The notes below the pieces were generated by a model, which saw nothing but the letters and a program-made list of their open reading frames with translations, searched no databases and was not told the origin of the DNA. Positions 8,324-17,239 of a DNA stretch of 64,000 bases are shown piece after piece. Source of the stretch: a plasmid; NCBI RefSeq assembly GCF_056746865.1, contig NZ_JBWKMP010000003.1; one strand, 5' to 3'. The position numbers and the translations under genes are program-made. Each line of letters opens with the position of its first letter. Position 1 is the first letter of the stretch.

Positions 8324-9410
8324 AAACATCACCGAATTACCAGAGTGGAGAGAGCTGGTAAGCAAATATAGCCATGACTGGGCATTAGCAGCAGAAGAGT
8401 TGATGGGTGTTAAGTTAACCCACCAGCAAAAGCTAATTGTTGAGGCGATTCAACAAAAAGGTTCAGCAGTCAGCGTCACCACTCCTGAAGGGATAGGCCA
8501 AAAGACGGTTATCGCTATAATTAGTATTCTTTATACAATCCTGATGCCTGAGTCTAAAACGGTTATTGTTTCCCCAAAGTTCTATAATTGTCGCAGGCAA
8601 GTTATCCAATACATAAGTACGTATTGGGATAGAGTCAGTAACAGAATCCCATTGCTGGGAGAATATTTTAAAGTCGACGGAAACGGCATCAATCATCGTT
8701 ACCGGGAATATTGGGGCTGCGAAATTAAGCCATATCACCGAAATTATGAGGAAGGTTTCGGTGGATATTATGCTGAACATCTTTTAATCATTGTTACGGA
8801 GGCGGCTCTTGCTGGCGATCGGCTATTCAGCATGTTAAGAGCATCGTTAGTAAGTGACGATTCACGTATACTTTTAATGTCCGCTCCTTCAGAGGAGGAG
8901 CATGGACACTTTTACGATTCCCATCATGGTCGTGCAAAATCAGAAGAAAATCCATGTGGTATTTATACAGCCATCAAGCTGAACGCAGAAGATACCCCCA
9001 TTATTTCACAAGGTTATCTTGATAACATTGCAGAAATATATGGTGGTAAAAACAGCGATTACTACCGTCGCATGATTCTTGGTGAGTTTCCAGGTATTAG
9101 GGAGGCTGTTCTTGAATCAGATATGCCGAAAACAATGCGCTTTTCGATGCCTGATGGTAGTGAATGGATAATGCCATTACGAGTGATAGCCCGGCATCAT
9201 GCACAGCACCACGCCAAAAAACATGGCGTTACAACATTGGAGTGGTTGAAATCGCACACCATTCCACTCTTCACTGCAGATCACAATGCTATCGTTGAGT
9301 GGGCAAAAACAATTCCGTGGGAGAATGTCGCTGAATACGCCCACATGCTAAAACCGCCGAAAGACAGGCAAGAAATTAGCTGGCTGACAGCAGAAAAAAT
9401 CATTGAGTGA
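8304..9410 (+). CDS. degenerate paralogue of the terminase large-subunit ATPase domain (no nuclease domain)
   Basis: 368 aa, collinear with residues ~40-300 of the pacB product. HQQKLIVEAIQQKGSAVSVTTPEGIGQKT aligns to HQQQQIIQSVQETGSRTTVTSGHGTGKSS, and YYAEHLLIIVTEAALAG aligns to EHAEHLLLILDEASGIS. The Walker A lysine is displaced (GQKT) and the Walker B Asp is replaced by Thr. The C-terminal 120 aa are unrelated to the nuclease domain. Confidence 0.7.
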   Translation: MLMLTPKNITELPEWRELVSKYSHDWALAAEELMGVKLTHQQKLIVEAIQQKGSAVSVTTPEGIGQKTVIAIISILYTILMPESKTVIVSPKFYNCRRQVIQYISTYWDRVSNRIPLLGEYFKVDGNGINHRYREYWGCEIKPYHRNYEEGFGGYYAEHLLIIVTEAALAGDRLFSMLRASLVSDDSRILLMSAPSEEEHGHFYDSHHGRAKSEENPCGIYTAIKLNAEDTPIISQGYLDNIAEIYGGKNSDYYRRMILGEFPGIREAVLESDMPKTMRFSMPDGSEWIMPLRVIARHHAQHHAKKHGVTTLEWLKSHTIPLFTADHNAIVEWAKTIPWENVAEYAHMLKPPKDRQEISWLTAEKIIE

Positions 9411-9445
9411 TAGTAGGAAGCCCGCCTGGTTGAGCGGGCTTCTTT

Positions 9446-9826
9446 TCAAATATTGGAACCATATAGTTCACGTAGTTTATCCGCTACTGAAGATACGGGG
9501 ATTTCACCAGTTGCAGCCCCCACCGCAAGTTCCACCAGCACGGGAGAATCATATACCTGTATACCGTTACGGCGTAGAAATAGCAGCGCACTGTTTAGCG
9601 CGGTACGCTTATTGGCATCATTGAATATATGCCCTCTCGCTGTAGCCACCAGGTAGGTGGCGGAGACTTCGAAAAGGTCGGTGATCTCTTCGTAGGCAAC
9701 TCTGGCCTGAACTCTCCCGATAATGGCCTCTGCCCTGCCCGGATCTGACATGCCAGGCAGGCCGCCGTAGCGGCTTATATTCGCATCATGAAGCGCAATA
9801 AGTTCTTCCGGTGATATATGCCTCAT
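9446..9826 (-). CDS. doc: Doc toxin (Fic/Doc family), P1 death-on-curing
   Basis: 126 aa, essentially identical over its length to P1 Doc as remembered ([39 protein letters not shown]...). Confidence 0.95.
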
Positions 9827-10053
9827 TATCGGTTAACCAGTTCCTTGTTGGTGGAGTCCAGGGTGTCAAACAGGGATGCAAATTCAGCATCCAGCGCCGC
9901 TTTTTTGTAGGCTTCGAAAGTAGCCTTGCTGACAATTACTGCTGGCTCACGGCCTCTGCGGGTGATTTCAACCTCTTCCCCGGCTTCAACATTGTTGAGC
10001 ACTTCAGAAAGGTTGCCACGCGCGGTACGGAAGTTAATGGATTGCATAAACAC
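9826..10053 (-). CDS. phd: Phd antitoxin
   Basis: 73 aa beginning [39 protein letters not shown], matching P1 Phd. Stop and start overlap with doc. Confidence 0.95.
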
Positions 10054-10119
10054 CTCGTGTACTCGTTATGTGTACACAATTATAAACTTCACAGGCATAA
10101 AGCACCAGCACTTTGCAGC

Positions 10120-10509
10120 TTAAATAACCGGACAATCATCAAATTCCCCACTTCGGGCATCATTGATGACATGAGTGATCACACCAAAAACAGCATTACT
10201 GCCCGTGTATCCATCGTCATCTACTGGTAACGCCTCTTTCTTCCCGGTGCTTAAGTCCTCCAGGTGCTGGCGCGGATACTTCCTGTATCTCTTTATGCGA
10301 TATTCACCCTCCATAGCGCACACAAGCAGAGAACCATCAACCGGAGTAAGCGAGGAATCAACCACCAGCAAAGCACCCTGCAATATTCCCTCACGGTGAT
10401 GGCTATCAGCTGCCCGCATGAAGTAGGTCGCTGAAGGATGTCTAATTATCTGCTGATCAAGAGAAATTCGGCTTTCAACATAATCCGCCGCAGGAGAAGG
10501 GAAGCCCAT
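10120..10509 (-). CDS. humD: UmuD'-like S24 peptidase-fold protein (P1 HumD)
   Basis: 129 aa with a LexA/UmuD C-terminal domain (catalytic Ser/Lys spacing) and no N-terminal cleavage arm. humD-phd-doc order is as in P1. Confidence 0.8.
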   Translation of the reverse strand: MGFPSPAADYVESRISLDQQIIRHPSATYFMRAADSHHREGILQGALLVVDSSLTPVDGSLLVCAMEGEYRIKRYRKYPRQHLEDLSTGKKEALPVDDDGYTGSNAVFGVITHVINDARSGEFDDCPVI

Positions 10510-10632
10510 AGCGTTTTACCTCAATGATACTGTTTATTCATACAGTATACATTGAAAAGGCATAGTTTGTGAAAGCGGGGTTTGTAGGCGCGCCACGCTG
10601 GGGGCTAATCACATTTCTCCCCCATCTTGCCG

Positions 10633-10884
10633 TTATTTTTTTGGTGCATCCTCGTTCTGATACACCGGATCGCTCCCTTTTGGCAACTGGAGGCTTAACT
10701 GCCGATAGTGCCGTAACCGTTCCATGAAATAGGTGCGCAGATTCTCTGGTTGCTCGCGGGCTACCTGTTCAGCTATGACAGGTATGTTCAATCGCTCTTT
10801 GTACGCCACACCGCTGGCAGCCAGATCAACGTTAACCTTATCCCGTTCTTCCTGACTTTTAGCTGCAATATTCCAGTCGCTCAT
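10633..10884 (-). CDS. hypothetical protein
   Basis: 83-aa ORF at the distal end of the long leftward operon. Confidence 0.45.
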   Translation of the reverse strand: MSDWNIAAKSQEERDKVNVDLAASGVAYKERLNIPVIAEQVAREQPENLRTYFMERLRHYRQLSLQLPKGSDPVYQNEDAPKK

Positions 10885-10886
10885 AT

Positions 10887-11159
10887 TTAAGGCTCACATT
10901 TCCAGATGGTATTCTGAACACCCGAACCGGGCGCAAGATTAGGGTTGGCGTTCGCGCTATGCTGATATACTGCTTTAGACTTCCCATATTGCTGACAGGC
11001 TTTATCTGCGGTTTTTTGCAGGCTATCCAGGCCATACCAACCATCTGACTGTATGCTTACCTTTTCACCGTCGTTGTATTGCACCATTGCACACCCAGAT
11101 ATAGCCAGTATCGCACCGACAATAACGCTTTTCCATAAAACTCTATGCAACATATACAA
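10887..11159 (-). CDS. lipoprotein (signal peptide plus lipobox AISGC)
   Basis: 90 aa. N-terminus [21 protein letters not shown] has the typical SPII signal. Confidence 0.6.
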   Translation of the reverse strand: MYMLHRVLWKSVIVGAILAISGCAMVQYNDGEKVSIQSDGWYGLDSLQKTADKACQQYGKSKAVYQHSANANPNLAPGSGVQNTIWKCEP

Positions 11160-11198
11160 AAATCCCCTCTGTGAATTGAGGGGATTTTAGCATGGTGA

Positions 11199-11834
11199 TC
11201 AGATATCGGCCTTATTCGGAATTTTATCAGCCACCAGCGGCAATAAAGCCTTCGCCATTTCATGAACCAACATGGCATCAATGACGCCTAGCGTATGGCC
11301 CGGTTTAATGTTTAATGCCGCCTCAAGATGACTCCTTTCCAGGCCGCTTTTCTCGGCTTGTTTATGACGATCTGGTGTAATAACTTCGCCCAAAACGCGG
11401 CTAATTTTTTCTCGTAATTGCTGGGTGCCAGCACACTTGATCGCTGTATCGTGGAGACGGTTAACCAGTTCGCGATAAACATGCGGCTTAATGCGGATAC
11501 GTTCACCGGTGACGCCCTTTCCTGGCGCTGGCACCGAACTATCCGGATAGTTGCCAGCCTCGTAAGCTACCCGCAGCCAGTGCATGAATGTTTCAGTGGA
11601 CACACAACCACAGTCCACATCGATTTTTCCGCGTTGCTGTTCCAGCCACTGCTCAAAATTCAATCTACACGTATTACTTTCATGTTGCTCTTTTTGTCTC
11701 AAGGCCAGCATCTGCTGGGCTATTTCCAATACTTCATCTGCCGTATATCCAGCACCGTGACCATACATTTCGATACGGGAAATAATCTCTGATATACGCT
11801 CTTCAGTGATTCTGGTCATTTCTTTTTGCGCCAT
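11199..11834 (-). CDS. hypothetical protein sharing a ~40-aa module with the DUF4406 protein at 23758..24369
   Basis: 211 aa. KPHVYRELVNRLHDTAIKCAGTQQLREKISRVL resembles APHIYRELVNALRDIAAVYHGTEQLRERLAHTI. Confidence 0.55.
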   Translation of the reverse strand: MAQKEMTRITEERISEIISRIEMYGHGAGYTADEVLEIAQQMLALRQKEQHESNTCRLNFEQWLEQQRGKIDVDCGCVSTETFMHWLRVAYEAGNYPDSSVPAPGKGVTGERIRIKPHVYRELVNRLHDTAIKCAGTQQLREKISRVLGEVITPDRHKQAEKSGLERSHLEAALNIKPGHTLGVIDAMLVHEMAKALLPLVADKIPNKADI

Positions 11835-12187
11835 TTCTTTTCACATTCCTTAGTCCATTTTTCAATGTTCATTTTGGCAATATCAGTCATTCCATCACCT
11901 AAGAAATACTTTTTCCGGTATGTCTTGCACTTAAACCACACTACAACAGCCACCAGCCAGAAAATAAAAGGCCATACAGCAATACCAACGACAGCCGCGA
12001 TAAAGCCCAATAGCCATAAATGAAGCTCTCCAACTTCTGTTTCCGGCAATATTCTTAAAGAATTAAACAGCAGGCTGAACGAATGGTCGTATGCATTGGC
12101 GGTATAAGACATGCAATCCATATAATTAAAGTCATAGCCTGCGGCTGCCGCCCATAATGGGCGGTCAAGAAAATGTTTTAGTGTCAT
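11816..12187 (-). CDS. small membrane protein
   Basis: 123 aa with two hydrophobic helices (WLLGFIAAVVGIAVWPFIFWLVAVVVWF). Confidence 0.45.
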   Translation of the reverse strand: MTLKHFLDRPLWAAAAGYDFNYMDCMSYTANAYDHSFSLLFNSLRILPETEVGELHLWLLGFIAAVVGIAVWPFIFWLVAVVVWFKCKTYRKKYFLGDGMTDIAKMNIEKWTKECEKKWRKKK

Positions 12188-12196
12188 TATATAAAT

Positions 12197-12490
12197 TTAA
12201 GGTTCAGACCAGTTATCTTCAATAGCAATGCTTAATCTTTGTAGCCATTCTGCTAATTTCAGCATTGCTTCTCTTTCGCTTAAACCACGAGGAAAATCAT
12301 CAAGCGAAATTGTTGGCTTGAATCCCCCGCAATTATCCATTTCAACTGTCAGATTTTGTTCCAGCACGGTATTTCTTACGCGGCTATTGTGCCGAAGCAA
12401 ATATACTGAGCGTGATTTATTGGTTTTGTGGTCTAGCTTATATTCGGTAAGTATCATCTGGCTTTTGCCATGATTATTACCTCTCCACAT
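12197..12490 (-). CDS. hypothetical protein
   Basis: 98 aa from MWRGNN, with GAGGT RBS 4 nt upstream. Confidence 0.4.
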   Translation of the reverse strand: MWRGNNHGKSQMILTEYKLDHKTNKSRSVYLLRHNSRVRNTVLEQNLTVEMDNCGGFKPTISLDDFPRGLSEREAMLKLAEWLQRLSIAIEDNWSEP

Positions 12491-12497
12491 ACTTACC

Positions 12498-12620
12498 TCA
12501 CTTAATAAAACAACTCCATGCGTAGTTGATGATTTTTTCCCACGTAATATAAATCTGCACTCCGGCAGTAAAACCAAAGCCAACAATTGCTGAAAAAATC
12601 AAAACATTTACTTTTGACAT
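12498..12620 (-). CDS. small hydrophobic peptide (40 aa)
   Basis: MSKVNVLIFSAIVGFGFTAGVQIYITWEKIINYAWSCFIK. Not in the ORF track because it is under 60 aa. Confidence 0.25.
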   Translation of the reverse strand: MSKVNVLIFSAIVGFGFTAGVQIYITWEKIINYAWSCFIK

Positions 12621-12668
12621 TATAAATTTTCTCTCGGTGTCGTAGGTGATAGCACCATAATTGATAAT

Positions 12669-12902
12669 TTAGTGAGTTAGCAGTTCCATTTTTTTGATGA
12701 TTTCCGCATGAGCATCATCGTTATCAACACTTAGCTCGTTTAATGCTTCTCGCACTACATCAACTTCTTCAGGCTGAAAGAAGTCGTCGCGGTAATCACC
12801 AAATAGAACCGAAACCAGCCTGCCACCAGCAACATCAAGATTGGCGCTAACAGGTGGCTCTTTGCCATCCTCAAATTCGACTACAAAAGTTAATTTTCCC
12901 AT
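12669..12902 (-). CDS. hypothetical acidic protein
   Basis: 77-aa ORF. Confidence 0.45.
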   Translation of the reverse strand: MGKLTFVVEFEDGKEPPVSANLDVAGGRLVSVLFGDYRDDFFQPEEVDVVREALNELSVDNDDAHAEIIKKMELLTH

Positions 12903-12978
12903 CGTTACCCCCAGAAGATAAAAATAGCGGCAATCGCCATAGCTACGCCTACAATCGCAAATGCTTCAGGCCAGCTTA

Positions 12979-13239
12979 TTACCTCACCTCCAGTCTCCAT
13001 ACCGCCTGACCAATCCGGCTGGCATGGGTATCTTTGGATACTGTTCCATCTTTAGCCAGCTCCATAAGAATTTTGCGCAAATCTGCCGAACGCCATTCTT
13101 CATCAGGAAATTCCTTCTCCATTGCCAACCGCAGATTCCAGGTTGCTATCGTGAATGGATATTCCCCGCCGAGAGCTTTCTCTTGCAGGGCAGCACGGGA
13201 ACGTATCACCTGCAAAACCTTCTCTTTTACATCCATCAT
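12979..13239 (-). CDS. hypothetical protein
   Basis: 86 aa from MMDVKEK. This start gives an ATGA overlap with the upstream gene; the longer track ORF would overlap it by 76 nt. Confidence 0.4.
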   Translation of the reverse strand: MMDVKEKVLQVIRSRAALQEKALGGEYPFTIATWNLRLAMEKEFPDEEWRSADLRKILMELAKDGTVSKDTHASRIGQAVWRLEVR

Positions 13240-13934
13240 TTTGCCTCCTGCGGCGGTTCTGGTAGCGGCATCCAGTGTGATGGTATCCACGACGCACCAG
13301 GTATTACCCACCCATCATTAGCGTCAGGATGCCCCGGGATGTAAGTCGCCCATTTCATTCGCCAGTCACCTTTCCTGTCAAACTCCCTGGCAACAAGAAC
13401 GGCTGTTTTGGTATCCGGCATTCGCTCACTACAGCTTATCCAACTATCCGGAATTACCGGATAGTTGCCCGACAGCTTGTTCAACTTGTAAGTCTGGCTT
13501 ACAGGTTTGGCACCATGAAGCATGGCGTCGCTCCGCTCTATGCCATCCAGCGCGATTCGCAGTGCCTGAATTGTGGTAGAGCTATCGTTTGGGGCTATTC
13601 CATATCGCTCGAATACAGCTAAATGGTTGCGCATAATCTCAGGCGTAAGCTCTTTGTAAGCATAAGCAAGAGACTCTGATGCATTATCCGGCACAACCGA
13701 CGCAAGCGCGGCAGCATAAACAGGAATAACGTCCACTTGCTCTTTATTGCTTTCATCCGTTAAAGCCCAGAATAATTTCCCGGCCGGATGTTTGAAAATA
13801 TAAGCAATTGGTTCTGCTTCCAGCGATGCCAGAGCAATTTCATACGACCGTCGCTCAATATTGTCTCGCACGTCCAGGCTGCTGATACGCTCTTTGATTT
13901 CTTTAATCAGTTCTTTGTCGGTTAAAGTGGTCAT
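13236..13934 (-). CDS. DUF551-like C-terminal domain protein (lambdoid accessory type)
   Basis: 232 aa. C-terminus GWVIPGASWIPSHWMPLPEPPQ fits the DUF551 W-x-LP-PP signature. Confidence 0.5.
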   Translation of the reverse strand: MTTLTDKELIKEIKERISSLDVRDNIERRSYEIALASLEAEPIAYIFKHPAGKLFWALTDESNKEQVDVIPVYAAALASVVPDNASESLAYAYKELTPEIMRNHLAVFERYGIAPNDSSTTIQALRIALDGIERSDAMLHGAKPVSQTYKLNKLSGNYPVIPDSWISCSERMPDTKTAVLVAREFDRKGDWRMKWATYIPGHPDANDGWVIPGASWIPSHWMPLPEPPQEAK

Positions 13935-13944
13935 AAATTATGCC

Positions 13945-14181
13945 TCAGTTGTATCCGATTGGATTAACCGCAACAAGAACGCCATCCGCGAACAAATCTT
14001 TAATGAGGTGTTCGCTCGGCTCGCCTTTTTCGTACTCTTCAATAAGGTAAGTGTCTCCATCTTCATTGATATAAACAGGAAGGATGGAGCCGTTGATAAA
14101 GTAGGTTCCGTTGTTATCGAGGATTTTTGCCTCGGCGATTTGTTTTTTGGTAAAACGCTCTTCTTTTGTCAAAGTTGCCAT
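13945..14181 (-). CDS. hypothetical protein
   Basis: 78 aa from MATLTKEER, with AGGAAAG RBS. Confidence 0.45.
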   Translation of the reverse strand: MATLTKEERFTKKQIAEAKILDNNGTYFINGSILPVYINEDGDTYLIEEYEKGEPSEHLIKDLFADGVLVAVNPIGYN

Positions 14182-14182
14182 A

Positions 14183-14401
14183 TCAGCTTTCCTTATATGG
14201 GTTGATTTTGTTGTGCAATGTGTTGAACGACGCCCATACCACGTCGTTATACAATTCAATAACTGGCTCAATTATTTTCCCGATTCCCCATACCAGAATT
14301 AACGGGGATATCGGTATCATCAACACGATAAACAGAATGAGAAACAGAAATTCTGTTATTCGGCTTCTTTGCGGATATTCTTTTCTGAATAATGTTGGCA
14401 C
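14183..14401 (-). CDS. small membrane protein (GTG start)
   Basis: 72 aa. AAGGAGAGTGATGTG junction with the upstream gene. Hydrophobic core FLFLILFIVLMIPISPLILVWGI. Confidence 0.4.
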   Translation of the reverse strand: MPTLFRKEYPQRSRITEFLFLILFIVLMIPISPLILVWGIGKIIEPVIELYNDVVWASFNTLHNKINPYKES

Positions 14402-14402
14402 A

Positions 14403-14624
14403 TCACTCTCCTTTGCCCGCAGCTTTCGCCTGCTCTTTAGCAAGTCGCTCCGCTTCTCTGAAATCCCAATCCACTCGATGTGCGATATCAATTGCAGAAC
14501 GCACGGTTCGTTCAATTAGCGTATCCAGGTTATCAATTGTCATTGCCATATCTGGATTTCGAGATAAAATCTCCGCCCTCTGAATCTGCCAGTTGTTACA
14601 GGTTTCAAGTAATGAGTTAGCCAT
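14403..14624 (-). CDS. hypothetical protein
   Basis: 73 aa from MANSLLETC, with AAGGAGAGTGATATG RBS/junction. Confidence 0.45.
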   Translation of the reverse strand: MANSLLETCNNWQIQRAEILSRNPDMAMTIDNLDTLIERTVRSAIDIAHRVDWDFREAERLAKEQAKAAGKGE

Positions 14625-14625
14625 A

Positions 14626-14814
14626 TCACTCTCCTTTAGTGCGCAAGTGGTTTTTCCAGCGGTTTTGCGCCGCGCTGGGCTTTTTGCAAAAACCACAATC
14701 CATCATCCCGTAATATTTCATCAACCCCATCCGTCGGTTGCTGAGTCTCACCCACTGCCAGACGCCAGGAGCGTTTCTACGAACTAACAGAATCTTTGCT
14801 TTACGGTTTTTCAT
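14626..14814 (-). CDS. small basic protein (MKNRKAK...), third of a tandem trio
   Basis: 62 aa. Its start region is duplicated 173 bp upstream. Confidence 0.3.
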   Translation of the reverse strand: MKNRKAKILLVRRNAPGVWQWVRLSNRRMGLMKYYGMMDCGFCKKPSAAQNRWKNHLRTKGE

Positions 14815-14987
14815 CTTACAGCGTACCCTTTCTTCCGCCTGTTCTGTGACGCAGTAGGCTTACGCTTTGCGGCAAAAGCCACCTGACCAAATGGATGGAG
14901 TACCGCTATCTTATGGTTGCTAATAACCAGCTCCACCACACGCACAGGTCGCTGTAAAAAAAGTCGTTTTGCCTTACGGTTTTTCAT
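14811..14987 (-). CDS. small basic protein (MKNRKAKRLF...), paralogue of 14626..14814
   Basis: 58 aa. Stop overlaps the next start (ATGA). Below the ORF-track length cutoff. Confidence 0.3.
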   Translation of the reverse strand: MKNRKAKRLFLQRPVRVVELVISNHKIAVLHPFGQVAFAAKRKPTASQNRRKKGYAVR

Positions 14988-15160
14988 CGCTTTGCTCTCC
15001 TGCGTCTCTTTGCTGCTCGTCGTGCCGCTGCAATACCGGTATGGCGGCGCTTTGGTGCCGGGATGATGTTGTCAGCCATCAGGACATACGGCTTTGCAAT
15101 TAGCGCAGAAGCCCAAAAACGAGTCGGGTACGGTAACAAGCCGATACATGCCACACGCAT
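14984..15160 (-). CDS. small Arg-rich basic protein (MRVACIGLLPYP...AARRAAKRRRRAKR)
   Basis: 58 aa. TAATG overlap with the upstream gene and ATGA overlap with the downstream gene. Confidence 0.3.
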   Translation of the reverse strand: MRVACIGLLPYPTRFWASALIAKPYVLMADNIIPAPKRRHTGIAAARRAAKRRRRAKR

Positions 15161-15912
15161 TACTCACCTCCTTTGATGCGAATGCCTGCGGCGCGGATTG
15201 CAGCGATGACTTCAGAAACTTTGTATGCCATTACCGTTTGGTAATCATCGTGAAAATCTGTTCGATGAAGCATGCTGCTACGTTCCGGGAGCGATATTTC
15301 CCGAGCATCCAGTTCCTTAACGCGTTCCTCCAGTTCGTAGACCCTGCATTGTTCTCTATCATCAATCAGATATACCCCAAGACATTCGCTTTCTACCCAA
15401 CCGCCAAAATCATGATCGTAACGCTCACATGAAAACTCACCGTCACCGTCCTTTGTTGGAATGGTGTAACTATCTAATGGGCCACCATATGTCGGCACAT
15501 TTCCCAATGTTGGATGCTCAATCCACATGAAAAATGCACGTCCGGTTATTGGGCAAATATCTGGCCGCCATTGGTTACGAACAGCCTTGGTTTCGGATAA
15601 TTCTTCAGCGTGTTGTTTTACTTCCTCAAGCTCAACTCTCAGCTTCCCTACCGTTAGCGCAATATCCTCGTTCTCCTGATCGCGGCGTTTTATGTATTGC
15701 TGGTTTCTTTCCCGTTCATCCAGCAGCGCCAGCACGGTTTCTGGTCCGGTCAGAAATTTGAAGGCGTTGAGCGCATCAATATCCACACCGTAATCTTTAA
15801 GTTCCTGTTCACTTAACAAATCATCATCAGCTGGCAACATTAACAGGCGTTCCATTGCTGGAATTGCACGTTCCGCCGCCTCACGCAGTGCCTGGTAATT
15901 AATTTCGCTCAC
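15160..15912 (-). CDS. Ead/Ea22-like mosaic protein, family A (ends [10 protein letters not shown])
   Basis: 250 aa. Shares a 37-aa identical block ([36 protein letters not shown]) and about 100 bp of near-identical DNA with 22074..22748. Confidence 0.55.
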   Translation of the reverse strand: MSEINYQALREAAERAIPAMERLLMLPADDDLLSEQELKDYGVDIDALNAFKFLTGPETVLALLDERERNQQYIKRRDQENEDIALTVGKLRVELEEVKQHAEELSETKAVRNQWRPDICPITGRAFFMWIEHPTLGNVPTYGGPLDSYTIPTKDGDGEFSCERYDHDFGGWVESECLGVYLIDDREQCRVYELEERVKELDAREISLPERSSMLHRTDFHDDYQTVMAYKVSEVIAAIRAAGIRIKGGE

Positions 15913-16571
15913 TGGTTGCCTCCTTTGCGAAGCTGGGCAGCAAAGTCAACTAACCACTCAGTCATTTCAACCTTCCCTACCAGGTCGGAACCAGGGTGCA
16001 TACAGCAATCACTCTGCGCCGCTTTGAAATCCTTACACTCATATTCTTTGGCCACCAGATTTTTTGCAGCTTCTATAGCAGCATCCACCCCCTGCGCCCG
16101 CACTTCAGCCAGAAAAGCATCGGTAGCTGGAGTTTCGCTGTGGTGTAGGGCATCGTTGATAATCATTGCAGCAACACCAGCCTGCCCTGCATCCGTGACC
16201 GACACATGCTCAAGAGTTACGGCCATTGCGTGTTTCAGCCCAGCGTTCTCTGCCACCAGCGCAGCGATATTAGTCTCAAGCTCTGAAATTCGGCACGTGG
16301 CATCAATATTTGTGTCCTCCAAGCACTTAATTTCACCAAGCAGCTCCAGTGCAACCTTTGGGTTGAACGCGGCAACATGACGAGCGTTGTTCTCTGCATT
16401 TTTCTGTCCATCAAAGCCGGTCCATTTGATAACGTCTTCACATCGTTCATCACCGGGCGTGTGCACCGCATAAGTACCAGTATCCGTCGAAATAAATGCG
16501 ACCCATTCGTCTGGTGTTGCCTTTTCTGCCGCCTCACGCAGTACCTGATAGTCAATTGTCATTCTCGCCAT
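15909..16571 (-). CDS. Ead/Ea22-like mosaic protein, family B ([14 protein letters not shown]...LRKGGNQ)
   Basis: 220 aa. Conserved motifs are shared with 21036..21803 and 22951..23454; the C-terminal tail is shared with 17200..17439. Confidence 0.55.
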   Translation of the reverse strand: MARMTIDYQVLREAAEKATPDEWVAFISTDTGTYAVHTPGDERCEDVIKWTGFDGQKNAENNARHVAAFNPKVALELLGEIKCLEDTNIDATCRISELETNIAALVAENAGLKHAMAVTLEHVSVTDAGQAGVAAMIINDALHHSETPATDAFLAEVRAQGVDAAIEAAKNLVAKEYECKDFKAAQSDCCMHPGSDLVGKVEMTEWLVDFAAQLRKGGNQ

Positions 16572-17239
16572 CCTTCACAGTTGTAATCACTACAGCCTTC
16601 AAAATCATATGGGCTGTACTGCCAGGTTATTTTTCCGCAATGCGGACAATTCCAACGCACCTTCCCGCTTCGCGACTTCTTTCTTCTGTTCTGCTCTTTC
16701 AACCAGTCAGGCATGATCAAACCTGCGCCCTGAACCATTGTTCTGCGGTTAAAGTTATTGATATTGAACGTCCGGCGCTTTGCTGCATCAGCAATGGAAA
16801 ATGGCAACCAAACTATTCCTGGTTCGTTTTTGTTGGCGACGCTAAAGATGGTCGCTTTACTGAAGTCATCTGTTGGCAATCCACCGTGTTGAAGCCAGTA
16901 AACATCGTTGCCGTTCCAGCTACCTTTTTTGTAGGCCACATACGCAGTGCAATCTGACTCAATCAGGCTTTCTGTAGGGATGTACTGGCAATCAACGTGC
17001 CACACAGCCATTGCATCCACGCTATCAGCGCAAACAGGCTGATCGATATCTCGCCCACAATTCCAGGCTTTTTGGGCTTCTTCCAGCGTGTAAACATGAG
17101 CGCGATCGATATCAGAGCTATAACCATTGCCGTTATGGCAATGGAATGAGGCGTTATTACCCACAGTTTCACGCAAGCACATCATGTAAAAACGGTTACT
17201 CACTGGTTGCCTCCTTGGCGGAGTTGCGCTGCGATGCAT
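16559..17239 (-). CDS. hypothetical protein with C-terminal CxxC..CxxC zinc-ribbon-like motif (start uncertain, 17239 or 17185)
   Basis: 226-aa ORF ending NCPHCGK...CSDYNCEGW. Confidence 0.4.
   Translation of the reverse strand: MHRSATPPRRQPVSNRFYMMCLRETVGNNASFHCHNGNGYSSDIDRAHVYTLEEAQKAWNCGRDIDQPVCADSVDAMAVWHVDCQYIPTESLIESDCTAYVAYKKGSWNGNDVYWLQHGGLPTDDFSKATIFSVANKNEPGIVWLPFSIADAAKRRTFNINNFNRRTMVQGAGLIMPDWLKEQNRRKKSRSGKVRWNCPHCGKITWQYSPYDFEGCSDYNCEGWRE

Noticed and set aside
8304-9410. Second functional terminase large subunit
   Set aside because: Walker A lysine and Walker B aspartate are not conserved and the entire nuclease domain is missing, so an active packaging enzyme is unlikely.
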